This document shows positions 11,471 through 20,000 of a stretch of DNA of 20,000 nucleotides, in pieces. Within the stretch, counting starts at the first letter, position 1. Every line of letters begins with the position of its first letter. Source of the DNA: Seison nebaliae (Eukaryota); contig JALJEE010002697.1 of NCBI GenBank assembly GCA_023231475.1, positions 46,580 to 66,579 on the forward strand. Reading direction: 5' to 3'. The position numbers and the translations under genes were made by a program. The notes under the pieces were generated by a model. It had not been told where the DNA came from, made no database searches, and saw nothing but the letters and a program-made list of their open reading frames with translations.

Positions 11471-12721
11471 TTGTACTCAATTTCCGACTGCATTAGTCTA
11501 TGCAGTCTTTTTAACTAGTTTTTTGTTTAAACTTTTTTCCTCCTAAAGTTTTTATAAGTTTTTATTAATAAAAACTTTTCGAAAAAAGTTTTAATTGTCC
11601 GAAATTTCAGAAATGCATTCGGAGTTATTAGAACCTTTTCTTATCATTTCTTATTCGTTCATATCGTTCGTTTTTTTTATATCAATAGATGAAGATGGAT
11701 GATTTTTGCAAATTTTTTTCGCCAAATTTCCTTCCCCTTTAAAATAATATAAGTCTTAAAAATTTATTTGGCATCCTGAGCTCTTGAAGAAGAATAATTC
11801 AGTTCTTGTGATAAGAAAAGATCTTTTCTTATCAAATCACATCGAGACAAAAAATCTCGAAATATGCTAATAGTACTGTTATGTAAAATTCTTACGAAAA
11901 TAAATAGCAAAAAATGAAATGTTAATTTCAATAGACCAAGTCACGATTTGAAATAATTTACGATTGATCCGTAAAAGGTAAAATACCAATTTTGAAAAAT
12001 GTTCAATAATTAGGTCATTTTTTATTTTGGCAAAGTAATTAATTATGGTGGAGTCATGGATAATGGATATGGTGGATAAATATATTAGGATTCACTTCTA
12101 GGAAAATTAATAAGTATGCAATTTTTTAATTTTTTTGTTATTTTTAATTTTTCTAATGTAATTCAACATAGGCATAAAAGTTTTTTTAAAATTATTTTTT
12201 AAAGATACACCATTTACCAGTTCTGCTGCGCACAAAGCTATATAATGTAACACTGTTCATATGGTTTTTAACAAACAGTTTGATTATCGTTATGCAGTTT
12301 CTTCGTTGTGCGGAGTAAATTTGGTGATTTTACTGAGACGACATTGACGAAACAAGTTATCTAGGTAATGTATTGAAATATGGTTTGAAATATAAGGTAT
12401 AAGGTTAACATATTATTCCAATTATGATTAAAGATAAACAATTTGTATATTATTCAACCATAAAACTAATAATATCGATTGATCTATGATATCATTAATA
12501 ACAACATGAAACAAGAATTAAAGAATAAATTGGATTAAACGGAATTAAGGTATTTGGTTTTCATTAATAACTATTAGAAGGAGTAGATTATTAAAATCAA
12601 TTACCAACCAATTGATTACTAAGAGAAATTAATTGTTTACCATTTTAAAATTAGAATCGATTTAGAATCATGATATAAAAACATTATCAGAATAAGGAAA
12701 ATACAATATATCAAATAAAAA

Positions 12722-13456
12722 ATGGCAAATTTATTATTATACTCAGCTTTATTCTTCACTTTATTGAAGAAATTGGTTGGGTTTACTGATATTTACGAAA
12801 GACGACCGGAATATGGTTATATGAGGAAACCGATCGACATTGTACACGCATCTCAATGTTCAAATCAAGAACATTGTGCTCTCATTACACGAACAGGTAC
12901 GTTATTTAAGGAACGTGTACTTGATGGACTTTCGGGATTGAATTCGCTTTACATCTTGAAAGAAGATGTCCTGGCGTTTCCCATAATAAACGAAAGGAAA
13001 CATATTCTTCATATAGATCAGGAATTTACCGAGAAGAATTGGAACGATTACAAATGGGGTTTCCAACAAGGCGCCAACTTCTACTTTGGACATGAATATT
13101 TGAGAAGATTAATTCTAGCTAGCCCATTTAATAGTGTGGTATTCAATTATACGCGTAACGAAACTGTTGCAGTTGTAGTATATACTTACACCAGTCTGAA
13201 AGATGAATCAAATGGTTATGCAATTAAATATCATGGTTGCCATATAGAAGGCCTTCTTTATTGGTGCGAAATTGATCTGAGTGGAACGAAGTTTTCAACG
13301 TCCAGTCCCTCTAATAAAAATAATGAATGTGCAACGAAATTGAACTCGGCTTTCTGGTTTCCATCAAATTGTGAGACAGACCATATACCATTTACCAACC
13401 AACCGCACATTCATAACGTCATATTTTCGTCAGTTGACATATTCTTTACTTATTAG
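12722..13456 (+). CDS. Secreted fibrinogen-related domain (FReD) protein, intronless, 244 aa
   Basis: Hydrophobic N-terminus (signal peptide-like). FReD motifs FTEKNWNDYKWGF, NFYFGHEYLRRL, DESNGYAI, GTKFST and ECA....FWF..NC. Confidence 0.75.
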   Translation: MANLLLYSALFFTLLKKLVGFTDIYERRPEYGYMRKPIDIVHASQCSNQEHCALITRTGTLFKERVLDGLSGLNSLYILKEDVLAFPIINERKHILHIDQEFTEKNWNDYKWGFQQGANFYFGHEYLRRLILASPFNSVVFNYTRNETVAVVVYTYTSLKDESNGYAIKYHGCHIEGLLYWCEIDLSGTKFSTSSPSNKNNECATKLNSAFWFPSNCETDHIPFTNQPHIHNVIFSSVDIFFTY

Positions 13457-13809
13457 TTCTCAACCTCCATTCTCATATTTTTAGTTCACATCAATTTGCA
13501 TTAATATTTATTTTACCATCACTTTCATTTGACAATTTTAATTAAATTTAATTTAGTTTTAAGAAATTTGTCTCAAAATTTGTCAAACAAAGACCAAGAA
13601 AATTATCTGATTCTTCAAATTGAAGAATGATGAGATCGTTTTAATTCTTTCAAAAATTAAATATTACACAATTTTCATTGTAAATATGATGCAGAAAGTA
13701 GATGAATTTGGAGAGTATTCTAATCTGTTAATTAAATAGCTTATTACATTATTTCTTTTAATGTTTAGAGTTTAATTTATTATTAATAATAAAGTAGATT
13801 TTTATTTCA

Positions 13810-14909
13810 ATGAATCATTGTATTGGTTGTGGCAAAGAGTTCACCATATTCAACCGCGAAGTTCAAAATCTGTTTCTCTTATTGATCCTCCTATTTATAT
13901 CTCTATCATAACAAAACTAATATTAATAAGAAATCATGTGCGTTATGTAAACAAGTTCTTTGTAAAAGTTGTCTGAAGTATACAGATCAATTGACGAAAA
14001 AAGCAATCTGTAGGAAATGTAAAGAGGGAGACATGAAGAAAGACAAAATCGAAATGGAAATACCTGAACAGCTGAAGAAGTTACAAGAAGCTCATTCTGA
14101 AAATCATCCTGTTTCGTCCAATTCGCAAATGATAAAAAACTTGGAAGAAAGATTAATGAATCTGAAAGGGAAAAAGAAAAGTTCGTTTCCATTTATTCAT
14201 TCTGTGCCAATTAAATTGACTTTTAAACGAACAGCCAATATCTCCACAATCGAACAACTACAATTAAGATTAAATTTGTTAAAAGAAAAGTTCCTTTAGA
14301 AATACAAAAAGTTTTATGTACACCATTTCTTCAGGAAAGCTTTCGAAGAAAATGAAGCTGCAATCAAAGTCTTCCAATCCGAAGAACAAACTGCAGATGA
14401 ATTATTAAAAAATATGAAAGATAAAGTTTTATCTTAAATTAAATTCTTTTGATTGCTATCGAAAATTAGCTGAAATTGGAAGATCAAAAGGAGAAACCTA
14501 AACAAAGCGATGATTACTTGTCTGAAGATAAGATCATTGAAAAGGTTCTGCCTTTTAAACTCAAATGAAAACATCGTAATGATTTTTGTAGTTAATTGAT
14601 GAAAATCGTATAAATGAATTAATTAGAAATGATACGATAGACGAAGGTTTTTCTTTTTTTCACACCTTCCATATAATCTTTTTTCAGTTATTTTCTATAT
14701 AAATTATTTTGTTCATTTTCCTATTATTTAAGGATGATGATATGCTGAAGGACGAAAATGATGAACGTTGGTGCTTCGTATGTTCAGCTGATGCTATTTA
14801 CAAATGCAGGGACTGTTTCAATGAAATGTTCTGTCGAAAATGTTTTTTATTAACACATGACGATGCAGAAATGAAACAACATCGTAGAATTGAATTACCT
14901 TCACATTGA
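13810..14909 (+). CDS. ZFYVE19: ZFYVE19/ANCHR-like abscission checkpoint regulator (exons 13810-13860, 13931-14180, 14235-14289, 14335-14425, 14470-14544, 14592-~14646, 14733-14909)
   Basis: N-terminal degenerate FYVE CIGCGKEFTIFNRE|KSCALCKQVLCKSC..CRKC, central LEERL..LK helices, and C-terminal B-box-like WCFVCSADAIYKCRDCFNEMFCRKCFLLTH..KQH. This is the ZFYVE19 architecture. Five GT..AG introns keep the frame (14181-14234 is in-frame and could be retained). The last junction is unresolved. Confidence 0.85.
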
Positions 14910-15654
14910 ATTTCCAATTGTCTCATACACTTGCAATTTTATTTTGAAATTAAAATACAATTTTATTTTTTTTAATTTTTGAATGTTTAACACGTTTCCA
15001 ATTGGAACTTTCATCTGTTTTCCATTTTTAGTGAATTTTAATAAGAAAGATGAGAAATACAAATAGATCTTGATGGTCGATTAATTCTTATAATTGAGAG
15101 TTTAAACGAATTATACTATTATTAACACTACACTAGAATAATAAGTGGATAATTTAAATCAACTTAAAATGTTACTGTACTTTATTTATTTAATAAATTT
15201 TATTAAAGGTTTCCGTTCTTTCACACTCATAGTTGAGAGAAAATAACTTACAAAATTTGTGTTACAATCAGGATGAAATAACCATATTTATTCACAAATT
15301 ATTCTCCATTTGGCAGAATAATCGAAATATGAAAATGTATTTTCAACTTATATTTTACTAAAAACCTATTTTAAACTTATTATATTGACCATGGCCGAAT
15401 TTTTTTTCAATAGACTTTTATTGATTCTATTATAAGAAATTAAACCTTACAATTGTTAGTTAGAAAAGTTAGTAGAAAGTAGTTAGAAAAAACTTTAAAA
15501 TATCAAGTTATTTTCAATGAACTTAAAAATGTAGAAGGAGATCAGATATTCAAATTTTTTTTAAATTTGTGAATTTAATTTTTTTCAATTAATCAGCTTT
15601 TAAGATGTTCAGCCATTGCCAATAATATTGAGTCGAATATTAATTTGGATCGGA

Positions 15655-17784
15655 ATGATTTCTTTAAAGGCTTTCATCAACAAATGGTCTCCATATTATG
15701 CGAGACGATATTACAACATTCGTTCGGTAATTGAAGGTAATCCGAAAGAGACCACCATCTTCAATCAGAAAGATTTATTGAAAAAAGAAAATAATTTAAT
15801 TGACGAAATGAAAATGAAAACGAATTCGAAAGATTTAGTCCATTTATTATCGGGGAAACGTGACCATTTCTCTATGGTATCCTCGAAGGTTTCTTCGATC
15901 AATCTAGCTGTGTCTGTTTTCAATAATTTCTTACGTGTTTATGAAAATGACAATTTGATGACATTAGAAGATTTCCATTCAGATCCAATGTTTGAGACGT
16001 TGAAGAATTGTGATAAGATAATCAGGAAAGATTATGGCAGTTTAAATCATTTCGAATTAATCACTTATTTCCAGACATTAATCAAACTGAATGTCAATTT
16101 TGGAATGAAATCGAAAGAAATTGATCGTTTACTTCTCTTCATTTCCAGGAATGTTCCATCGTTCACTATCGATGAAACAATAATTTTATTTCGATTCATT
16201 CAATTGAGAACGTTCAATAATTCAATTAATCTTCAAATGGAGAAGAATGAGCAAATTCCGTTGCAGAAAAAGATCAGTTCTTTACGACGGTCATTCATCG
16301 ATAATTTCCTAAAGAAAATTGATCAAATTGAAAATTTCGATCAGATAATCCAAATTCAAATGTTCGCTCCAAACGTCAATATACTTTACGAAAAATTAGA
16401 TGAGAAATTAATGGGAATTATTCAAGAAGGAAATTTGAAAACTGAAAATTATCTGGTTTTATTGACGATGAAAAGTTTCTTACGGAAACGTAATATTCAT
16501 TTATTGAGATCTATAATTAATCGTTTGAACGGATTGATAGAAAGAGAACATTTGACATTGTATGAGAATGCTCTTCTTGTGAATAGTTTAAGTTCACTTC
16601 ACTTGAATGAAGCAATGGAATTATTGAAATATGTACCTAGTACAATTTCTTTGAATAAAATAGAAATTAATGAACATTTTACAATTACTCTCCAAAATGA
16701 ACGAGATAATTCTATAAAAAATCGTCTGGAAGAAATGGGAATAAATAATAATCCGAATATATTCTCTATTATCAAATCATTCGGATATCTCCGTTTCACG
16801 TCAACAATTCTTCTTCGAAAATATTTGAAATTTCTTAATAAAACTTTGAAAAATGTGAAAGTTGAAGAAAAGAAATATCTCGATTGGTACCGCACCATAA
16901 CCTTGACCATGACGAAATTTTCCTTGAAAAGTTTCGATGAAAATATTTGGGAGAATTTCGGAAATTTCCAAAAGAAAATTTTAGATCGTTGTTTGAAAAT
17001 CGATATGGATGAAGTGGAAGAATTGGGGGATTTGTTACAATTAATCGATATTTGTTGGGCGATGAATGTTCTCTCATATACGTCCAAAAATAAGAAGATC
17101 GATTCAATTGTGAAACAAATAACGGAAGAAAATGTTCTGTCACAATTGGCTACTAAATTGACTGAAGATTATCATAGTCATCTTCCTCATTTTATTAAAT
17201 TACTGCAAATGATTTCTCTTCGATCTAATTCCCAAGAAGAAGATAGTCTGTTTGCTAAACGATTTAGTGAAATGTTAATCGAATCACCAACATTGAAGAA
17301 TGCAATCGTTCAATTATTTACTGGACACGAAACTGGAAAATATCAAAATCCTTCAAAGTTCACCAAGGAACATATGGGCGATATATCTCAAAAATTGGCG
17401 ACAGGAAGAAGATTGGGACAAATGGCTTTGAAGAATGGTATTGAGTCTTCAAAATTATTGGAAAATAATGCCAACATTCAATATGATCAATTGTATAGTA
17501 ATGGAACTTTTGCAGACGCTCAAATCGATTATTTGAATGAGAAGACACTCGTTATTTTTCGGCAGTATCGTGATGCTCCTATCAACAATACGACGGAAGA
17601 TTCGATAGCGTTCGAATTCGAAAAGAAATTATTGAAAGATATTTCGAACGAATTGCTAATTATTAATTTGGACGATGTTCTCCAATGCCAATTATGGTCG
17701 CAGAAGGTAAAGAAAGTTCAAGAAATTTTAGATGGTCATTTTGAGATACGGAATATTACTAAAGAAATTTCTTCAACCAGTTGA
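15655..17784 (+). CDS. FAST kinase domain-containing mitochondrial RNA-binding protein, TBRG4/FASTKD4-like, intronless, 709 aa
   Basis: Long open frame. The first in-frame ATG (15655) gives a basic presequence-like N-terminus with no acidic residues (MISLKAFINKWSPYYARRYYNIRS). Leu-rich helical repeats RNIHLLRSI, IIKSFGYLRF and LIDICWAMNVL resemble TBRG4. The C-terminus is a degenerate RAP-like segment. Confidence 0.6.
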   Translation: MISLKAFINKWSPYYARRYYNIRSVIEGNPKETTIFNQKDLLKKENNLIDEMKMKTNSKDLVHLLSGKRDHFSMVSSKVSSINLAVSVFNNFLRVYENDNLMTLEDFHSDPMFETLKNCDKIIRKDYGSLNHFELITYFQTLIKLNVNFGMKSKEIDRLLLFISRNVPSFTIDETIILFRFIQLRTFNNSINLQMEKNEQIPLQKKISSLRRSFIDNFLKKIDQIENFDQIIQIQMFAPNVNILYEKLDEKLMGIIQEGNLKTENYLVLLTMKSFLRKRNIHLLRSIINRLNGLIEREHLTLYENALLVNSLSSLHLNEAMELLKYVPSTISLNKIEINEHFTITLQNERDNSIKNRLEEMGINNNPNIFSIIKSFGYLRFTSTILLRKYLKFLNKTLKNVKVEEKKYLDWYRTITLTMTKFSLKSFDENIWENFGNFQKKILDRCLKIDMDEVEELGDLLQLIDICWAMNVLSYTSKNKKIDSIVKQITEENVLSQLATKLTEDYHSHLPHFIKLLQMISLRSNSQEEDSLFAKRFSEMLIESPTLKNAIVQLFTGHETGKYQNPSKFTKEHMGDISQKLATGRRLGQMALKNGIESSKLLENNANIQYDQLYSNGTFADAQIDYLNEKTLVIFRQYRDAPINNTTEDSIAFEFEKKLLKDISNELLIINLDDVLQCQLWSQKVKKVQEILDGHFEIRNITKEISSTS

Positions 17785-18127
17785 TCATCCTTAAAATTTA
17801 ATATCTTTTATTTATTACCCTGTTGTCAAAGTTAAATTTGAAATTGAATTAATATGAACGGTTTTTCAGGTTCCTCTAATCTATGTTGGAGAATGACATG
17901 AAGTAAATAATTAAATTTAGTTTGATAAAAATATTCTCAACCGAAAAATTAATTTCTTTTTGGTCTAGATTCGAATGTCTGAAGTTTAGGAAAAAATTAA
18001 TCAGCAACTGATCATATATATATATTCTTCTGTAATATTTCTAGAGAAAAGAAAATTATGATGTTAAAACGATGGATGATAAAATTAAAAACGACAAATG
18101 AATATAGTTTGGCTTCAGTAGTATCAT

Positions 18128-18210
18128 GGCAGAATGGCCGAGTGGTCTAAGGCGCTACGTTCAGGTCGTAGTCTACTCTGTGGGCGCGGGTTCGAATCCC
18201 GCTTCTGTCA
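18128..18210 (+). tRNA. tRNA-Leu (anticodon CAG), copy 1
   Basis: Acceptor stem GGCAGAA/TTCTGTC plus discriminator A, A-box TGGCCGAGTGG, anticodon arm CTACG-TTCAGGT-CGTAG, long variable arm, B-box GGTTCGAATCC. No intron. Confidence 0.97.
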
Positions 18211-18214
18211 AAAG

Positions 18215-18223
18215 TTTTTTTTT
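18215..18223 (+). terminator. Pol III oligo-dT terminator of tRNA-Leu copy 1
   Basis: T9 run 4 nt after the tRNA 3' end. Confidence 0.8.
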
Positions 18224-18764
18224 CAAATGTTCATAAATTACTGTGAAGAATATACAAATTGCAAATGGAGATAACGAAAGAATTGTTCAATGAGGATAAA
18301 TTGATGAATGATAATCAATTATTTTGTACCAGATCAACATTGTAATTATAATTCCTAGCAATTTATTATTATTTTTTAGGAATAAAAATTTTTATCCAAA
18401 TACAAAAAAAGGAATAAAATGTAAATGAAAATATTATCAAAATCAAAAAATAATAATCGGCTTATCGGCAACTTTAAAGAGTTGATGGTGGTAATACCTC
18501 CGACTACGATATTGGCATTTTTTGATATTGATAATATTTTCGTTTAGATTTTATTCTTTTTTTCATACTTTAAACATTTTATTCTTTTTTTTTGTATTCG
18601 GATAAAAATTTTTAATCCTAAAAAAATATATTTTTCCCCCTATCATAATTTTTCAACGAATATATTGTCCCAGTACTATTCTGTCCGTTAAAGTAGGAAA
18701 AGGACTTTCAAAAAAATGTTGCTTCGCCGTCCCTTATTTTTTCCTTTTCTTACCTTCACTTCGT

Positions 18765-18806
18765 TTCCCTTCGCGAAGTGGGAGTATGTATAGCTCGCGA
18801 AGGGAA
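18765..18806. repeat. Perfect 12-bp inverted repeat (TTCCCTTCGCGA / TCGCGAAGGGAA, 18-nt spacer) inside a GC-richer repeat island
   Basis: Arms at 18765-18776 and 18795-18806 read directly. Confidence 0.85.
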
Positions 18807-18987
18807 GATGTCTGGAATTTTTCATTTATTTACGAAGAAGGGGGACGAAGAAATTAATTTCCCTTCGCACTTCGTATCCCCATCACTACTACGAAGTCGT
18901 TTTAAGCCACTATTCAAATTGTACAGCAGTTCCTTTGGTTTTTGATTCCGTTAGTTAGATAATATAGTTCTCTTTACTTAAAACCGT

Positions 18988-19070
18988 GGCAGAATGGCCG
19001 AGTGGTCTAAGGCGCTACGTTCAGGTCGTAGTCTACTCTGTAGGCGCGGGTTCGAATCCCGCTTCTGTCA
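18988..19070 (+). tRNA. tRNA-Leu (anticodon CAG), copy 2
   Basis: Identical to copy 1 except one variable-arm base (A19042 vs G18182). Confidence 0.97.
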
Positions 19071-19075
19071 AAAAG

Positions 19076-19081
19076 TTTTTT
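19076..19081 (+). terminator. Pol III oligo-dT terminator of tRNA-Leu copy 2
   Basis: T6 run 5 nt after the tRNA 3' end. Confidence 0.75.
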
Positions 19082-20000
19082 CCTACCAACTAGGGAATGA
19101 GTATGATATATGATAATTAGAATAAATAATATTCTTCTGTGTAAGATTAGTATTATTATTAATAATTAAAGATATTTTTATTTTAAAGGATATTAATAAA
19201 TATTCTGATAACTGAAATATTCTCACCAAACAACATACTTAACAAACATTTCGCACTGTACCTATCTTGCATTATTACCTTACATTATTATATTACCTTT
19301 CAATTTATTTATTGCTAGGTGTAATTAAATTTTGAATGTTATTGGCTAAAATCAAGTTCTTCTCGATTACTTCTTATTTTGAATTAAAACTTTGTGGTTA
19401 ATTTTCTTTGATCCTGGAATTTCTAAATAAAACTGGATAAAAAACTAAACGGGATAACTCGGCCGAAGAATCTGAAGAAATAAGAGTTTTAGCCTGATCC
19501 ACAAGAGATCGTAGAGAGACAGGAATGAATGTGTCGACAACTGAATTTAACAACTACGTAATTGTTTTATCAAACATGTTGCGTGGAAATTTGGAATTAA
19601 AATCTTCTAAACAAGTTAAATAACATTGAACATTTTTGTTCTTTTGTATATGTAAGGTTTTTGAATAATTTTCCCGTTTATATACACAATAACTACATTC
19701 TTTAAAATTATTCCTTTAGTCATCAGTATTAACACAATAGAAAGTTTCACATGTGAAAACTTTTCAACTATTTGTAAAGGAATCATGTAAATGACTAATT
19801 CTAAAAGAATGTCTTTCCATCAACCATATAACAAAATTTAAACGACATATACATTCTTAATTTACTTCGAACGAAATTGATATGTGGCAGATACTTCTTT
19901 TATTTTCATTCATTCAACATATTCTAACAATCGACTACTTTTCTGCATTGCATGAGAATCGTCAGAAACGAGGAATATTAGATTTCGTTTGTCCAGCTTT

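Noticed and set aside
4071..17784. Functional gene cluster (Rab39, BAF-like, SMG5, ZFYVE19, FASTK)
   Set aside because: Unrelated pathways and mixed orientation. Proximity is explained by genome compaction.
18156..18172. CAG anticodon as a sign of CUG codon reassignment
   Set aside because: Discriminator A73, G37 and the overall body are standard for tRNA-Leu, and the genes translate well with the standard code.
1..20000. Prokaryotic systems (CRISPR, operons, defence islands)
   Set aside because: Spliceosomal introns, eukaryote-specific genes and Pol III tRNA genes without encoded CCA. No repeat-spacer array seen.

Overview
AT-rich eukaryotic (metazoan-type, compact genome) DNA with very short introns. 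I assembled six protein-coding genes by hand: Rab39 (2 exons), a BAF-like protein with a Cys/Arg-rich N-terminal extension (2 exons), SMG5 (7 exons, minus strand, Est1 plus inactive PIN), an intronless secreted fibrinogen-related protein, ZFYVE19/ANCHR (about 7 exons) and an intronless FASTK-family (TBRG4-like) protein. There are also two near-identical tRNA-Leu(CAG) genes and a decayed non-LTR retrotransposon fragment (APE endonuclease end to RT start). About the first 4 kb looks non-coding. The most striking signal is the splice code. Across 13 inferred introns (44-70 nt), 12 donors begin GTT, only one has +5 G, none matches GTRAG, and AAG acceptors are common. This points to a diverged splice-site recognition system. 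Family assignments are motif recognition from memory, not database searches.
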